A stretch of 64,000 bases of DNA from Tetramitus jugosus (lineage: Eukaryota; Protista; Heterolobosea). The stretch is taken from assembly GCA_937625935.1 (NCBI GenBank), contig OW569345.1:124001-188000 (forward strand), given 5' to 3'. Positions 10,986 to 23,047 of this stretch are shown here, one piece after another; the first letter of the stretch is position 1; every line of letters begins with the position of its first letter. Under the pieces are notes generated by a model. It was not told the DNA's origin, ran no database searches, and saw only the letters and a program-made list of their open reading frames with translations. Position numbers and translations under genes: made by a program.

Positions 10986-13900
10986 TTAACTGGTCTCGGA
11001 TAGCATAATCAGATCCTTCTTTGCGATCACTCCCACTAACTTGCCGGCAACTGTTACGTACGCGTGGGACAAACGCAACATGAGGAACAGGAAGTGAACT
11101 TTGGGAAGTGGAGTAAAGGCAGATGTGCTGAGTGGTGCAGGATCAATTGGTACAATCACTTCTCTGTCTTGATCCTCTGAGACGAGTCGGATGGTTGGTG
11201 GAGCATCGATTGGCACCACAAAGGACGAAGCACCACCAGAGAGCTTGTTCACTTTTTCATTGATCGTGCCCACATAATCGCCTGAATCTTCCTTTGCAGT
11301 TTCAGCTGTTGTATTGGTCTCGGATGGTCGAATCGTGATTGGACGAGAATTATGCAACATGAATTGGAGATCTTTGCGTTTCACTGATCCAATCAGTATC
11401 ATTGAGTTTCTATTGTCCACGACAGGATATGTAGCATGGTTGGTTGTTTGTACCAAGTGCTCAGCGTACTCGACCGTGTCTGTCGTACTGATAATATTCA
11501 GATCAGTTCTCATAATATCTTTAGCTGGAATCTTGAATGCATCACCCTCCTGAACAATATCACTCAACAAGGGCAATCCTCTAAACTTCAACAACTTGTC
11601 ATAAATGTTTTCGTTGAAAAAGTTGGCAACACCAACAGCGAACACACTTGCTAGAATGACAGGCAACATGAGAGACAACTGGCCAGTCAACTCACACACG
11701 ACGACAATAGTAGACATTGCTCGAGTGACACCAACAGAGAGGGCTGAGGCAGCCACAACTGCATAATAAGCTGGAATCGTATTGGAGTACAGATAGCGCT
11801 TCACAAGCTCTCCAAACAGTCTACCTGAAAAGGCTCCAATTGAAAACACTGGAGCAAACATACCAGAAGGTATTGGTAGAGCCAATGAGATTGGAGTTAG
11901 GATGAACTTTGCCACAGATATGAGTGACAAGGTTGTTAGAGGTGATTCCGTCTTCAAATCTTTCATACTGAACAAGACATTGATGGAATAGTTGGGAGAG
12001 AAACGCATGAGTGGAGTAGGGAATGAAACCAAAGCTGTCAATAACGTAGCTGCACAAACAACATAGTATGGATGCTCATTGAATAATCTGACTGACTTTC
12101 TCAATTTGATAGTCTGGATCAACAAAAAGTTGAAGAAGGCACCAATGAATCCACAAACAATACCTACAATAATAAACAACAGTATTTCGTGTAGTTCATA
12201 TGGATATGGAGGAAAATCGGTGGAGAACAGATTAATCTGTGAAGTGTTAATAATACCAATTCTTCTCCACACAAAGAAGAACAAGCTGCCAAACAATGTG
12301 ACAACAATACATCTCCACAGATTAGTGACGGGATATGTGGATGCTGTTACTTCAATACTGAACAACACACCACCAATCGGAGAACCAAATGTAGAGGCCA
12401 CACCAGAAGCACAAGCGGCTTGAAGCATACTAATCTTCTCAAACTCTCTCTTTCTTAACTTGCGGAAGTACTTGAGCTTCAACATTTGATTTCCAATGCA
12501 GGAACTGAGATGGACAAAGGGACCGAGTCTTCCAATTTGCAATCCTGCGCCCAAACCAGCAATCACTCCCAATGATTTTCCAACCATGGTTCTCAATGAC
12601 AAGTACCTAGCCATATAGTTACCAGACAAGATTGATTTCATTTCTGGAAGACCAGATCCAGCAGAGTCCTTGCTGATAAAGTCAACACACCCAGCAGCAA
12701 ACACAGCAGAAAACAGTGCAAACAACGTATAAATCATATAATTCACATAAAAGTTGTTTGTGACTTGTCCGAACCTCGTATGAGCATTCTCAATACCAAA
12801 AATACACGTATCAATCGACAGGGTAATCAACGAAGCAACAATTCCCAGGCAAATCAAGAAAATGAGTGCTCTGACTTGTACGCCCTTTGTAATTCGGTAC
12901 AATGGATAGTAAATGAATGACAATGCGGTGCAAATGTGATCCCACAGTGACAACAGCATTGAAAAGTTGCGATAACCCAATAATCTTGACAAGTAGTGAT
13001 CCTGTACCCAGGAATTATCTCGACTATTGTAATAGTGTCTTCTCCTGTTGTTGGTATTGTTGTGCAACAAGAATCGATCATCTCTCGGTGTTACACGACC
13101 TCTCAAACGACTGCCATTGTTCATTCGACTCTGACTCTCCTGTCCACTGTCATTCTTGTTTTCATTCAAATCATCATCATTCACATGATTATTCTCATCA
13201 TCATTGTTCTTATTTTGATTCGAATCATTTTCATCATCCATGAGATGAATACTGCTCGTGTGACTTTGATTTCTGTTTGGCATCAAATCATTATTGTTGT
13301 TACTCTCCATCACTATTGTAGTTGGTGTAGTTGCATTACTATGATCACCACTACCACCACCACCACCACCACCAGTATTCATATTATCATTCATGTAATA
13401 ATGACTCACACTATGCATCAAATAACTCTCATCATCATCATACTCATCCTCTTCTGGTGCAAATGACAATGTTGAATAAAAATCAACTGATTCAAAATGT
13501 TCCTTGTATGGAGATGCATGAGTCATTCGATTATTATTGTGAATGCTGATATTACTATTATTATTATTATTATTGTTATTATTATTGTTATTATTAGTCA
13601 TCATATTATTGTTATTGTGTGGTAGCATGAGACTGGAAGAAGAAGCTCCAAAATCAAAGCTTTGACTATGGTTGGCATTTCTACTCTGAAGCTTTTGAAC
13701 TCGTTCCATAATGGACAATGACGATGAAGAAGAAGAGGTTCGAACATGTGATGGCGATACAGGTGTCGTTGCAAAATTTCTTTTTTTAGGATGTTTGGAA
13801 GACAATGTAGGAGTAATAGAGGAGAGATTGGATGCCTGTGTAGAAACAATGATGGTTGGTGTGGTTGGTGTAGTGATAGTCGACACAGTGTTGTTGTCGT

Positions 13901-14036
13901 TGTCTACATTTGTTGTTGTGTTGACAATGACGAGTGGAGGATGATTGTGATCACTTGTTGTTGTTGTTGTTGATGTGGACTCCTCAGAGGAGCTATTACT
14001 GTAGTGGTTGTTGGCGTCATGATCGTCGTTGCCCAT
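10986..14036 (-). CDS. ClC-family chloride channel with C-terminal CBS domains and long low-complexity N-terminus
   Basis: GSGLPEMK, GRLGP, GGVLFSIEV, GMFAP, NIYD motifs; multiple TM helices; CBS-like C-terminus. Confidence 0.93.
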   Translation of the reverse strand: MGNDDHDANNHYSNSSSEESTSTTTTTSDHNHPPLVIVNTTTNVDNDNNTVSTITTPTTPTIIVSTQASNLSSITPTLSSKHPKKRNFATTPVSPSHVRTSSSSSSLSIMERVQKLQSRNANHSQSFDFGASSSSLMLPHNNNNMMTNNNNNNNNNNNNNSNISIHNNNRMTHASPYKEHFESVDFYSTLSFAPEEDEYDDDESYLMHSVSHYYMNDNMNTGGGGGGGSGDHSNATTPTTIVMESNNNNDLMPNRNQSHTSSIHLMDDENDSNQNKNNDDENNHVNDDDLNENKNDSGQESQSRMNNGSRLRGRVTPRDDRFLLHNNTNNRRRHYYNSRDNSWVQDHYLSRLLGYRNFSMLLSLWDHICTALSFIYYPLYRITKGVQVRALIFLICLGIVASLITLSIDTCIFGIENAHTRFGQVTNNFYVNYMIYTLFALFSAVFAAGCVDFISKDSAGSGLPEMKSILSGNYMARYLSLRTMVGKSLGVIAGLGAGLQIGRLGPFVHLSSCIGNQMLKLKYFRKLRKREFEKISMLQAACASGVASTFGSPIGGVLFSIEVTASTYPVTNLWRCIVVTLFGSLFFFVWRRIGIINTSQINLFSTDFPPYPYELHEILLFIIVGIVCGFIGAFFNFLLIQTIKLRKSVRLFNEHPYYVVCAATLLTALVSFPTPLMRFSPNYSINVLFSMKDLKTESPLTTLSLISVAKFILTPISLALPIPSGMFAPVFSIGAFSGRLFGELVKRYLYSNTIPAYYAVVAASALSVGVTRAMSTIVVVCELTGQLSLMLPVILASVFAVGVANFFNENIYDKLLKFRGLPLLSDIVQEGDAFKIPAKDIMRTDLNIISTTDTVEYAEHLVQTTNHATYPVVDNRNSMILIGSVKRKDLQFMLHNSRPITIRPSETNTTAETAKEDSGDYVGTINEKVNKLSGGASSFVVPIDAPPTIRLVSEDQDREVIVPIDPAPLSTSAFTPLPKVHFLFLMLRLSHAYVTVAGKLVGVIAKKDLIMLSETS

Positions 14037-14401
14037 TTCGTCCCTCTCTGTTTCTTTTTTGTGTTTTTGGCGGCAGCTTGATGGAAAGGAGGTTCAATGT
14101 AGTTGATGAATAGGAGGGGAAATAAAAGACAATTTACTAAATTGGTTTTGGAGACAAAACAAGAGAAGACGCAAGGGGAACTCTTGGGATGATGTCAGTT
14201 GGAGAAGGACCTAGAGAGAGATTGGAGTAACAAACCGCCTTGGATCTTGGTGGTTTGTTGCTCAGGGTACTGCACAATGTGAAGAAAGCAAGCTTCTTGC
14301 CTTGCTTCCATTGTACAAGTTCTATGTACAAATTTACAAATGGTGTTATCCTACAGATGAAAGAGATTCTTGTTGTCGAGTGGATTTCGAGCTGAAAACG
14401 C

Positions 14402-14563
14402 CTAGAACAACCTTCTAACGATCGATTCGTTGATTATCCTTCGGGGCCTTGGTTTAGAAATCTTTCTGGGTGTACTTGGCATGGATTTTGGAGCCTTGAT
14501 GGTTTGTTTTGGAGTTTCATAGACCTCCTTTGGGGCTGGAGAGGAGTTGGCAGTGTGGTGCAT
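14402..14563 (-). CDS. Possible small CDK-inhibitor-like peptide (53 aa)
   Basis: MHHT...YETPK...PSTPRK...VRRLF-stop: CDK consensus sites and a terminal RxLF motif; short ORF, speculative. Confidence 0.3.
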   Translation of the reverse strand: MHHTANSSPAPKEVYETPKQTIKAPKSMPSTPRKISKPRPRRIINESIVRRLF

Positions 14564-15088
14564 CGTTTTAGAAGGAAGAATCTTAGAGGTTATATACAAT
14601 GGATTAAGAGGTGTGGATTGGTTTTTTGGATATCAGAGAATCCACAATCTTGAGGAGAAGTATCAGTTTTGTGACATCCAGTTTGTGCATATTAATAAAT
14701 TCTTGTAGCACAGAGACCATGAGAGGGGAGAACTTTTGCCCAATTAGTAACTTCAAAAATCCAACGGGTTTCTAATCTAATAAATAAAACTCAACTTTCA
14801 GCTGTTCATGGTTCCTGATATCTTGCAAGTTTATTATTAGTTCGCTACAACCGTTCAGAAGCGCGAAACTTCTTGACCAGAGAACAATTACAGTGTCTGA
14901 AAGAGAAAGGAAGAACCAGTTCTTTCAGGAGTGTAGTTACACGACTGTTGTCCTATTTGAGGTTCTCGACTTTTGATTTCCATGTCTGTGCAACTCTAAA
15001 AACAACCATCCAGGTGAGGTTCGCTGTTGGCTCTCATCTTCCGCCTGGCCAGCCCATAATTTCTCCACGACACAGAAAATCGTTCACC

Positions 15089-18000
15089 ATGCTACGAAAA
15101 TTTTATGCGATCAACTTGTTGCTGTTGATTGTTGTGGTCATTGGAACAGTGATTGCTGATTTCAATCCTTCTCTGTTCTACTGCTTTCATGGCATTCAAA
15201 CTTCCAGTCAACCCGATCAAATCACACAATGTCAATGTCACGACAATCAATTATATGGTGGCATATTTTGCTCCAATTGTTTATCAAATGAAGCTTGTCA
15301 AGATACTCACGATGATTCCAATCTGTTTTGTGATAAAAGTATGAAAACGTTCAATACGATTGACCAAAAAGTTTTTAATTGTAAAGTGGTCAAGGAAACT
15401 TTTTCCAGTGTTTTCCCAAAGGTTGAGTTGAAACCGAGCGAACAATTCACAATGGCCTACTATTGCGCAAAGAATAACCAATCAGATTGTCAAATGAATG
15501 TTTACAAGAGCAGTAGCAGTGAAAGTTCATTGAGTGCAAACGAACCATTCATGAATTGTGCGTTACACAATTGTAAGCAAATGATTCAAACAGATCATGT
15601 CTTGTGGTCATGTGATCACAGTGTTTGTGACACGAATCCGAACATTGATGAGGCAGCTGATGCATGGGCGTTTTTAATACCTTCCTTCAATGGCCCTTCC
15701 CACTTCTACTGTGGACTATCGAATGAAGTTGGGGAACACGAGGGATCATGTTTCTTTGAAAAAGAGGATATGAAACTTCGCATCGAAACGCAGTGCTATG
15801 CAAGTGAATGTATGAAGAAGACCACCAATGAAGAAGTTGTGGAAGAGCCTCCTTCAACTACTATTCCCTACAATAACCAAGTAATTATCGAAACGAGCAC
15901 TGCCATCGTTGGAATAGCACTTGCTTTCCTGGTGTTCATCGTTCTTCACTTTTCATACACGAGATATGAAAATTACTACATAATGAAGGAGTGGAAGGCC
16001 CAGAACGAAGCCCTTCAACATTCAGTCTTTGATTTTTCATTCCAAGATGTTAGTTACACGATCACGAGCGGTTGGTTTAAAAGAACGAAACGACGAATAT
16101 TGGACGGTGTGTACGGTAGTGTCAAACAGGGACAAATATGTGCCATTATGGGCGCTTCAGGTGCAGGCAAGTCGAGCCTATTGGATATATTAGCGGGGAG
16201 AAAGAAGGGAGGTATTGTGACAGGAGATGTGTTCGTTGGTTCCAAACCGATTGATCATCGTTATCAGTTACTGAAGGGATATGTATTGCAAGAGAATATC
16301 ATGATGGCCACAATGACAGTACACGAATATCTCATGATGAATGCACAGTTGCGCTTACCAGAGCATGTGCCACATGAGGAAAAGGAAAGTCGAGTACAAG
16401 CGGTCATGGAGCAACTTGGAATTCAGCACTTGTCCAATCGACGCATTGGATCGAATATCAAGAGAGGTCTCTCTGGAGGAGAAAAGCGTCGAGTTGCTCT
16501 TGGAGCGGAACTGGTCATCAGTAAGCCCATCATATTTTGTGACGAGATTACGAGTGGTCTTGACAGTTACAATGCACATCAAGTGATGCTTTCTCTCCAT
16601 AATTTAGCTCGGAACCACAACAAAACCATTATCTTATCGATTCATCAGCCCTCCAGTGCAATATTCGATCTGATTGACAAGTTGGTGCTCTTAAGTGAAG
16701 GAAAAGTGGTGTTCTCAGGTGATGCCGATAAGGCGATACAACACTTTGAGTCGATAGGATTTGATAAGCCTGAAGATTTTAATGTTCCAGATTTTATGCG
16801 TATGTCTCCACATCGTTTGAGATATCTTTTCGCTCTCAGTCTTGATTAACCCTGTTTCTTTAATTCAGTTGATCTTGTTGTAGGTGCCTCTGTGGCAAAG
16901 AAAGGAAGGGTGCCCAAGAGCGATGTCTTTTCAACTATCTTGAGAAAAAGAAGACAAAATGTGAGCTCAAATAACAGCTCTCGTTATGCAACAACATATG
17001 AAGACGTCACAAATAGCTCCTCCGAATTCATGGAGCTACCAAAGTTCAGTAGAGAAGAAATGAGACAGAGAAAACCTCCAATCTTACTCACAGGCGACAG
17101 TGTTCGATACACATGTCAAAATGGTCTTTACAACACTTCGATTTACAAACAATTGTTAGTACTCTCCGGAAGAGCATTCAAGAATTTCATTCGAAATATT
17201 TTCCTGTTCCCAGGGCATCTATTCTTCTCGATCTGTATGGGACTCGTACTCGGAGGTATTTTCTACAAGTTACCATTGGATCTCACAGGTACTCAAAACA
17301 GGATTGGTGTCTTTTTCTTTTTGACCGTAGTTCTCTCTCTGGTGTCGATGTCATCTTTGGAAATATGTAAGTGCATTTTCCTTCATTCATGTTCCGTTCC
17401 AAAACGATTTATAGAGGCAACTAACTTTTTGTTTTTGTTAATGTAGTTATTGCTGAACGAGAGGTGTACTTAACAGAACGAGCATCTGGATATTACAGAG
17501 CTTTGGCTTACTACATCTCCCGAATGATTTTCGATGTTGTTCCTCTGAGAATCATCCCTCCTATTGTATTAAGTTCTTGCTGTTACTTCCTTGTTGGACT
17601 ACGGACAGATCATTCAGTCATATTCGTCTGGTTTGTAACATACTTGACTCTGTTCAACATTGCCATGGGAGGAATTTGTTTGTGTATATCATCCGTTGTC
17701 CATAGTGTCACAGTTGGCAATATGATTTTCCTTTGTTATAATTTGTAAGTATATTTCCTTTAATTCTTCAGATTGACTTCTTGATCTAACATCAGTCATC
17801 AATTAGGTTCACAATGCTGTTTGGAGGATTCTTGATCAATATTCGTTTCCTTCCGTTTGCTCTGGGACTATTTCAGTACATAAGTCCATATCGATACACA
17901 CTAGAATCGCTGTTAGTGAATGAGTTGCAAGGCCGAATTATTTTGTTCAATCCTCAGGGCTCTATTCCAGTCAAGGTACCAGCCGAAGAAATCATCAAGT

Positions 18001-18119
18001 TCTTTGGATTTTCTCAGAAGAATGAAAAGTGGAATCTGGGTTGCCTCTTTGGACTGTCCACCACTTTCATACTGGCAGCTGCTATTTTGCTCCAGTTTTG
18101 TGTTCGAGAGAAGAGATAA
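15089..18119 (+). CDS. ABCG half-transporter with Cys-rich extracellular N-terminus (ADP1-like); exons 15089-16799, 16869-17366, 17447-17744, 17807-18119
   Basis: Signal peptide, EGF-like Cys region, TM, Walker A GASGAGKS, signature LSGGEKRR, DEITSGLD, IHQP, ABC2 membrane domain; three GT-AG introns restore the frame. Confidence 0.9.
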
Positions 18120-18172
18120 GAAGTTGTAGTACAAAATATAGTTAATTTATTATTCATAACACGACGCAAGAG

Positions 18173-19171
18173 TTAGTAACATCCTGTTATTGTAGCATTC
18201 ACATAAGATACATAATTACCCCAAGGAGTATGAGTGTCGACGAGTCCCTTATTGGTCACTATGATTTGGTCCTTGGAGAAAAGCGGTGATACACCTTGTG
18301 CAAGAGCTGATGGCCCGGCAAAGGCCAGCTTTGAAGTTTCATACAACTTCTCACCGGTTGGCAATCGAAGGAAGATGAGTGAACTTTGCAGATAGTTTGC
18401 CACAACTAACAGAGGCTGATCACTTTCTGATGGAGTGAAAAAGTTGAGATCATCTAGGATGGTGAGTCCCTTGGAAAAGAGAACTTTCATGTTTGCAATG
18501 TCAGGTCCTCCCGTCGCTCTATTAATTGGTATGGCCACAACCTTGTTGGTGTCTGAAATCATTACAGTATGGTTGAACAGTTTGAGACCATTGGGGTGTT
18601 TCACATGAGGGCTCGTGATCCAATCAGATTGTTGAGTAACAGTTAACATTGATGAAGGATTCATTTGATTGTTGCTGTTTGGTGCTTCCTTCATCCTCAA
18701 CTTTACAATTTTTCCACTGCTCTTCAAAAAGGCAGTGTCCGCCACATAAATCACTCCACTTTCTACATCGGCTGCCATACCATTGGGCAACGACATGTCC
18801 TCCATGTGATAGATGCGATTGAGAACCAGGGGAGAAACTGACAAGTCGGCCGCGTAAAAGTAACCTTGCTTGTCCACGGTGCACAACCATTGTTTGTATT
18901 GAACAACACCCAAGAAGTAAGCCTTCTCATGATACAATGAATTCTTCTTCCAGGAGTTGGAAGGTATGTCACGTGTCAACTCAAAAATATTGTCTCCACC
19001 TGTCACGAACAATCGAATCGAAGAATTGTAACGTGTGAAAATCACATTTTCGGCATCATAAATGTCAGGAATGAACTCAGTATTGTGGGACAGAGAGATC
19101 TTGCATGAGCTGGTGCAACAGACAACAAAGGCAAGTAATACTAACGAAACAAGAACCTTGCACAAGTTCAT
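18173..19171 (-). CDS. Secreted six-bladed beta-propeller (SMP-30/gluconolactonase/strictosidine synthase-like)
   Basis: Signal peptide; PNGMAAD...IYVADT and HPNGLKL repeats. Confidence 0.7.
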   Translation of the reverse strand: MNLCKVLVSLVLLAFVVCCTSSCKISLSHNTEFIPDIYDAENVIFTRYNSSIRLFVTGGDNIFELTRDIPSNSWKKNSLYHEKAYFLGVVQYKQWLCTVDKQGYFYAADLSVSPLVLNRIYHMEDMSLPNGMAADVESGVIYVADTAFLKSSGKIVKLRMKEAPNSNNQMNPSSMLTVTQQSDWITSPHVKHPNGLKLFNHTVMISDTNKVVAIPINRATGGPDIANMKVLFSKGLTILDDLNFFTPSESDQPLLVVANYLQSSLIFLRLPTGEKLYETSKLAFAGPSALAQGVSPLFSKDQIIVTNKGLVDTHTPWGNYVSYVNATITGCY

Positions 19172-19330
19172 TTTTGATTAATTTGTTTTGTTCAGATCAA
19201 GGGAGATTTCCCCTCAAACGTTTTTCGATCTCCGTACACTACGGCAACCGGCAGATTTCAAACTATGGTGGAACTGGGAATTGGGCTGTCATGCGAAAAG
19301 GAACCTCTCAGAAAACATTTATTTTAGATA

Positions 19331-22300
19331 CTATGTGGTATTAGGTTGATGTTGAGGACTCAAATGAGATGGAATAGGAGGTAAGTTGTAGGGACTATGT
19401 ACAGCAGTTGTTACAGAGGTTGGTGCGTCCATGTCTTTGGTTTGTTGTTGGGTGCTGTTGGATTTTCGTAGCTTGAGGAGCGAAACTGGTGGAGGTGGAG
19501 AAAAGGAAGACGACACAACTGGTGCATGAGATATGTCCGTGTAGTCTTCATCGTCATGATTCAAGCTCACAGAATGGTCAACGTTGGAGGAGATGGTACT
19601 GCGGAAATTAATAAGCGCTTCCAAGTAACGTAGCATTCTATGGTCTTCCTTCCAAGTCTCGGATAGTATAAGCTTCGTGTATTCATCCTGTCTGCTCTCC
19701 TTGATGAAAATCTTGCCATGAATGTTTCGCATTTGGTAAATCTGACCTGCAGGGAACAAACCAACAACCAGATTTTCATAATCATTAATAATAAAAGGCG
19801 AATTGTCCATACTCTTTTTCTTCTTCTTCTTCTTCTGCTTATTGTTTTCTTCGTCTAGCTCTTTAATTGATCGTTTGTGTGTTTCGGACGGTGGAGTAGC
19901 AATGATAGACGTATTCGTCAAGACGTCGACCTGGGTGATATGAGCTTCTTTCGTATCCAAACTCTCCTCTGTCTTAACGTCATGTTGAGCACAGGAGGAT
20001 GATTCTATAATGATTTGATTTGGCTCTAGAGTAGGATCACTGTGCGCAGACACTTCAACAATCTCCTTGCAACTATCAGACACCACAGTTGTTTTCAAAG
20101 TAAGGGTATTAGTGTCCTCGGTTGAATTTAGTTCAATTTCTTGCAATGCAACCGTCTGAGAGGTTGGTTGCGCAGAATGCATTGACACATCTCCTTCATT
20201 GTCCGTGATGCCTGTGGATTGTGTCGTTGTGGTATCGACAGATTTTCTATAAATGAAGCCCCATCCCTTGCTTAATAATCCAGATGCTGCATTCTTCACT
20301 CCTGCTGCAAATTTAACAATTGCAGAATTTTGAATGTCTCGCATCATTTCTTCCTTCCAAGGATAGTTTGACACATCGACTCTCAACTCCTCAATCGCCG
20401 TCATTGACAATCGAGTGATAAAATCATCACCATTCACAAATGTTGTTACATAACTCGAGCATTCCACTGCCAACTGTTGCGATAGAACAGGTGGACAAGC
20501 AAAAGCGTAGCAGTGAATATCCACGCCGGGAAATACATTTTCATCCTTCCACAGGTCGGTTAGAATGGCAGCTGTTCCGCCACCGAGTGAGTGACCCAGG
20601 AGCCGTAATCGATAACCAGGATATCGCACCAACGTCTTTCGAACAATTCTCTTCAATAGAGAATTGTTTCTGAACCATTGTGCAGCACAGAGGATACCCT
20701 TGTGACAATAACCGTGCTTGTACCGAATTCCAGACATGTGAAGATCCGTAATCAAGTCACTAAAGGTCTTTGTGCCTCGGAAAATGAGAATCACTGAATG
20801 TGTCGCATGATCCAAAAATAGAAAATAAGCAGGACGCATAGTTTGTTGAGTCTTGTCAAATGCAATAATGTCTTCAACTTGCATATTCATCTTCTTGGCC
20901 AAGTTCGATACGGATTCACGAAACACTTGATAGGTGAACTTTGCATACCGTTTCCACACATACAACTCTTCATCGTCTATATACTTGTGAGATTCTTCCG
21001 ATTCGGCAATGTACTGTGTAAAGTCTCGTGCCGCTTGAGCCTGACTTCTCATGTAGTACTCCAGACCTAGAGTCATCTCGCCCCATGACCACTGACTCGC
21101 TACCACTCGCACCAAACTGAACGCGTTCCGATTATGTGCCAAGAATTCGCTCCACGATGTCTTTATGGATGCCGAGTGTTGCAAATCGTTGGAAATCTCA
21201 TTCATTCCATCGTCCATCATATTCAAATCATCAAAATCCTCATGATCACTCAATGTCACTCTCGAGTCATCCACCAAAATGTCATCGACATCCTCCATGT
21301 CCTCCATGTATTCTACATCGTCATCCACTGCTTCTCCATCATCTACGTCATCATCTTCATCGTCGAATCCTTCACTTGACCGAGTCGATGAAGACGCATA
21401 ACCTCCATCAAAATACTTTTCCAAGTCACTGGCAGACAGTCCACTGTTGCTGTTGTTGTTGCTACTTGGATGATCAGATGACAATAGTGATGATGAAGAA
21501 AATGATAACTTGCTGTTCATCATTACTGGATTATTGTTGTTGTTATTATTATTATTGTTATTATTATTTTCATTGTTTTCATCTTCATCAGTGTTATTGT
21601 TTTTGTTTTTATGATTGTGAGCGTTGTTGTTGTTGTGATGAGATGACAAGTATCGTGCACTTCCATTGTCCACCATTTGATTGTTCATTTCGAGTTGTTT
21701 CTGTTGAATTTGTTGTTGTTTCTGAACAGTGGCATAACTCAATCCCACATGTTCAATAAATGTCTTGTTGTAATAAATTTTTTTCATGGGATTGTTAAAG
21801 GGTGCAATAGGTCGTTTTCTTGTTGTTCCCTGCTGTTGATTGTTGTTATTGTTGTTCATGTTGTGCATACTACTATTATGATTATTGGTATTACTGCTGC
21901 CACTATTATTATTATTATTATTATTATTATGATTATTATGATTATTATGATTGTAATTGGACATGTTGTGAATTGAAGTTGTTGAAGATGCTGCGGTAGT
22001 AGTATTCGTATTAGTATTAGTATTAGTAGTGATCATGGGAGGGGTCAAAGTTCGGTTCACAGGAGTAGCACTACTACTACTACTACTTGTGATTGTGAGT
22101 GATGAAATATCATGATTGTTCAAACTTCTTCTCTGTCTTATTTGACCCGATCCAGTTTGGTGATAATGATGATGATGATGACTATTATTATGACCATTGG
22201 TAGAAATCGGAGAATTAGGAGTCGAGGAAGGAGAATAATCATGTTGTTGTTGTTGTTGTTGAGAGGACATTGTGGAAAGTGGTGGGGTGAGTTGTTTTGA

Positions 22301-22660
22301 TGGACTCGATGTTGTTAAAGTGTCATGCTGTTGCTGTTGTTGCCTTCTATTCATTAGCAAATGTTGAGGAATAGGAGGAAAATCATCATTCATACTATTG
22401 TTGTTGTTATTGTTGTTGTTATTTTCTGTCATTGGTTGTTGTTGTTGTTGTTCTTCTGTTGATGATGCATTTTGTTGATTGACATGATGATGATGATGAA
22501 ATTTTGAGGTGATTGTTCGTGAAGGTGAACTTGGAGGTGATAGCTCACTAAAAAAGGCATAGTCAAATGATGAGGAAGGAGGTGTTTTTTGACTGGGTAT
22601 TGCTCTTGTTGCTGTTGTTGTTGCTCCTTGGTTTTCTTCTTCTGTTTCGTTTGTCTTCAT
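19331..22660 (-). CDS. Class 3 lipase (diacylglycerol lipase-like) with N/Q/S-rich N-terminal extension
   Basis: IFRGT, DLITD, HKGI, GHSLGGG nucleophile elbow, YAFACPP, DFITRLS, DH. Confidence 0.88.
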   Translation of the reverse strand: MKTNETEEENQGATTTATRAIPSQKTPPSSSFDYAFFSELSPPSSPSRTITSKFHHHHHVNQQNASSTEEQQQQQPMTENNNNNNNNNSMNDDFPPIPQHLLMNRRQQQQQHDTLTTSSPSKQLTPPLSTMSSQQQQQQHDYSPSSTPNSPISTNGHNNSHHHHHYHQTGSGQIRQRRSLNNHDISSLTITSSSSSSATPVNRTLTPPMITTNTNTNTNTTTAASSTTSIHNMSNYNHNNHNNHNNNNNNNNSGSSNTNNHNSSMHNMNNNNNNQQQGTTRKRPIAPFNNPMKKIYYNKTFIEHVGLSYATVQKQQQIQQKQLEMNNQMVDNGSARYLSSHHNNNNAHNHKNKNNNTDEDENNENNNNNNNNNNNNNPVMMNSKLSFSSSSLLSSDHPSSNNNSNSGLSASDLEKYFDGGYASSSTRSSEGFDDEDDDVDDGEAVDDDVEYMEDMEDVDDILVDDSRVTLSDHEDFDDLNMMDDGMNEISNDLQHSASIKTSWSEFLAHNRNAFSLVRVVASQWSWGEMTLGLEYYMRSQAQAARDFTQYIAESEESHKYIDDEELYVWKRYAKFTYQVFRESVSNLAKKMNMQVEDIIAFDKTQQTMRPAYFLFLDHATHSVILIFRGTKTFSDLITDLHMSGIRYKHGYCHKGILCAAQWFRNNSLLKRIVRKTLVRYPGYRLRLLGHSLGGGTAAILTDLWKDENVFPGVDIHCYAFACPPVLSQQLAVECSSYVTTFVNGDDFITRLSMTAIEELRVDVSNYPWKEEMMRDIQNSAIVKFAAGVKNAASGLLSKGWGFIYRKSVDTTTTQSTGITDNEGDVSMHSAQPTSQTVALQEIELNSTEDTNTLTLKTTVVSDSCKEIVEVSAHSDPTLEPNQIIIESSSCAQHDVKTEESLDTKEAHITQVDVLTNTSIIATPPSETHKRSIKELDEENNKQKKKKKKKSMDNSPFIINDYENLVVGLFPAGQIYQMRNIHGKIFIKESRQDEYTKLILSETWKEDHRMLRYLEALINFRSTISSNVDHSVSLNHDDEDYTDISHAPVVSSSFSPPPPVSLLKLRKSNSTQQQTKDMDAPTSVTTAVHSPYNLPPIPSHLSPQHQPNTT

Positions 22661-23047
22661 GATTCCTTATGATTTTTGTCTCTTGTGTATTCCAATTCAA
22701 TTATTGTGGTCAATTGTTGTTGTTGTTTGACAAGAGCTTTTTTGAAAAGGGGGAATGATGAGATGATGATGATGAATGATTATTATGACTCCAGTGTTCG
22801 TTGCAGTCACACAGAGCTGTGTTTTTTTTTCGTCGGTGTTTGTTGTTGTTGCTCGTTATTGTTGTTTTGAGTCGCCGGCATTCCTTTGTTGTGCACTCCA
22901 TTCCGAGCCCTTGTCTAACAGATCCGGCAGTCGGATTTCGTTCTCTCCTCCAGGAGGAAAATTCGGAGAAAACATAGCTGCCCCGGTCTGAAAAAAAGCC
23001 GCAATAAATCAAAAACACCAAACAGAACGTGCCACCAAACGAACAAG

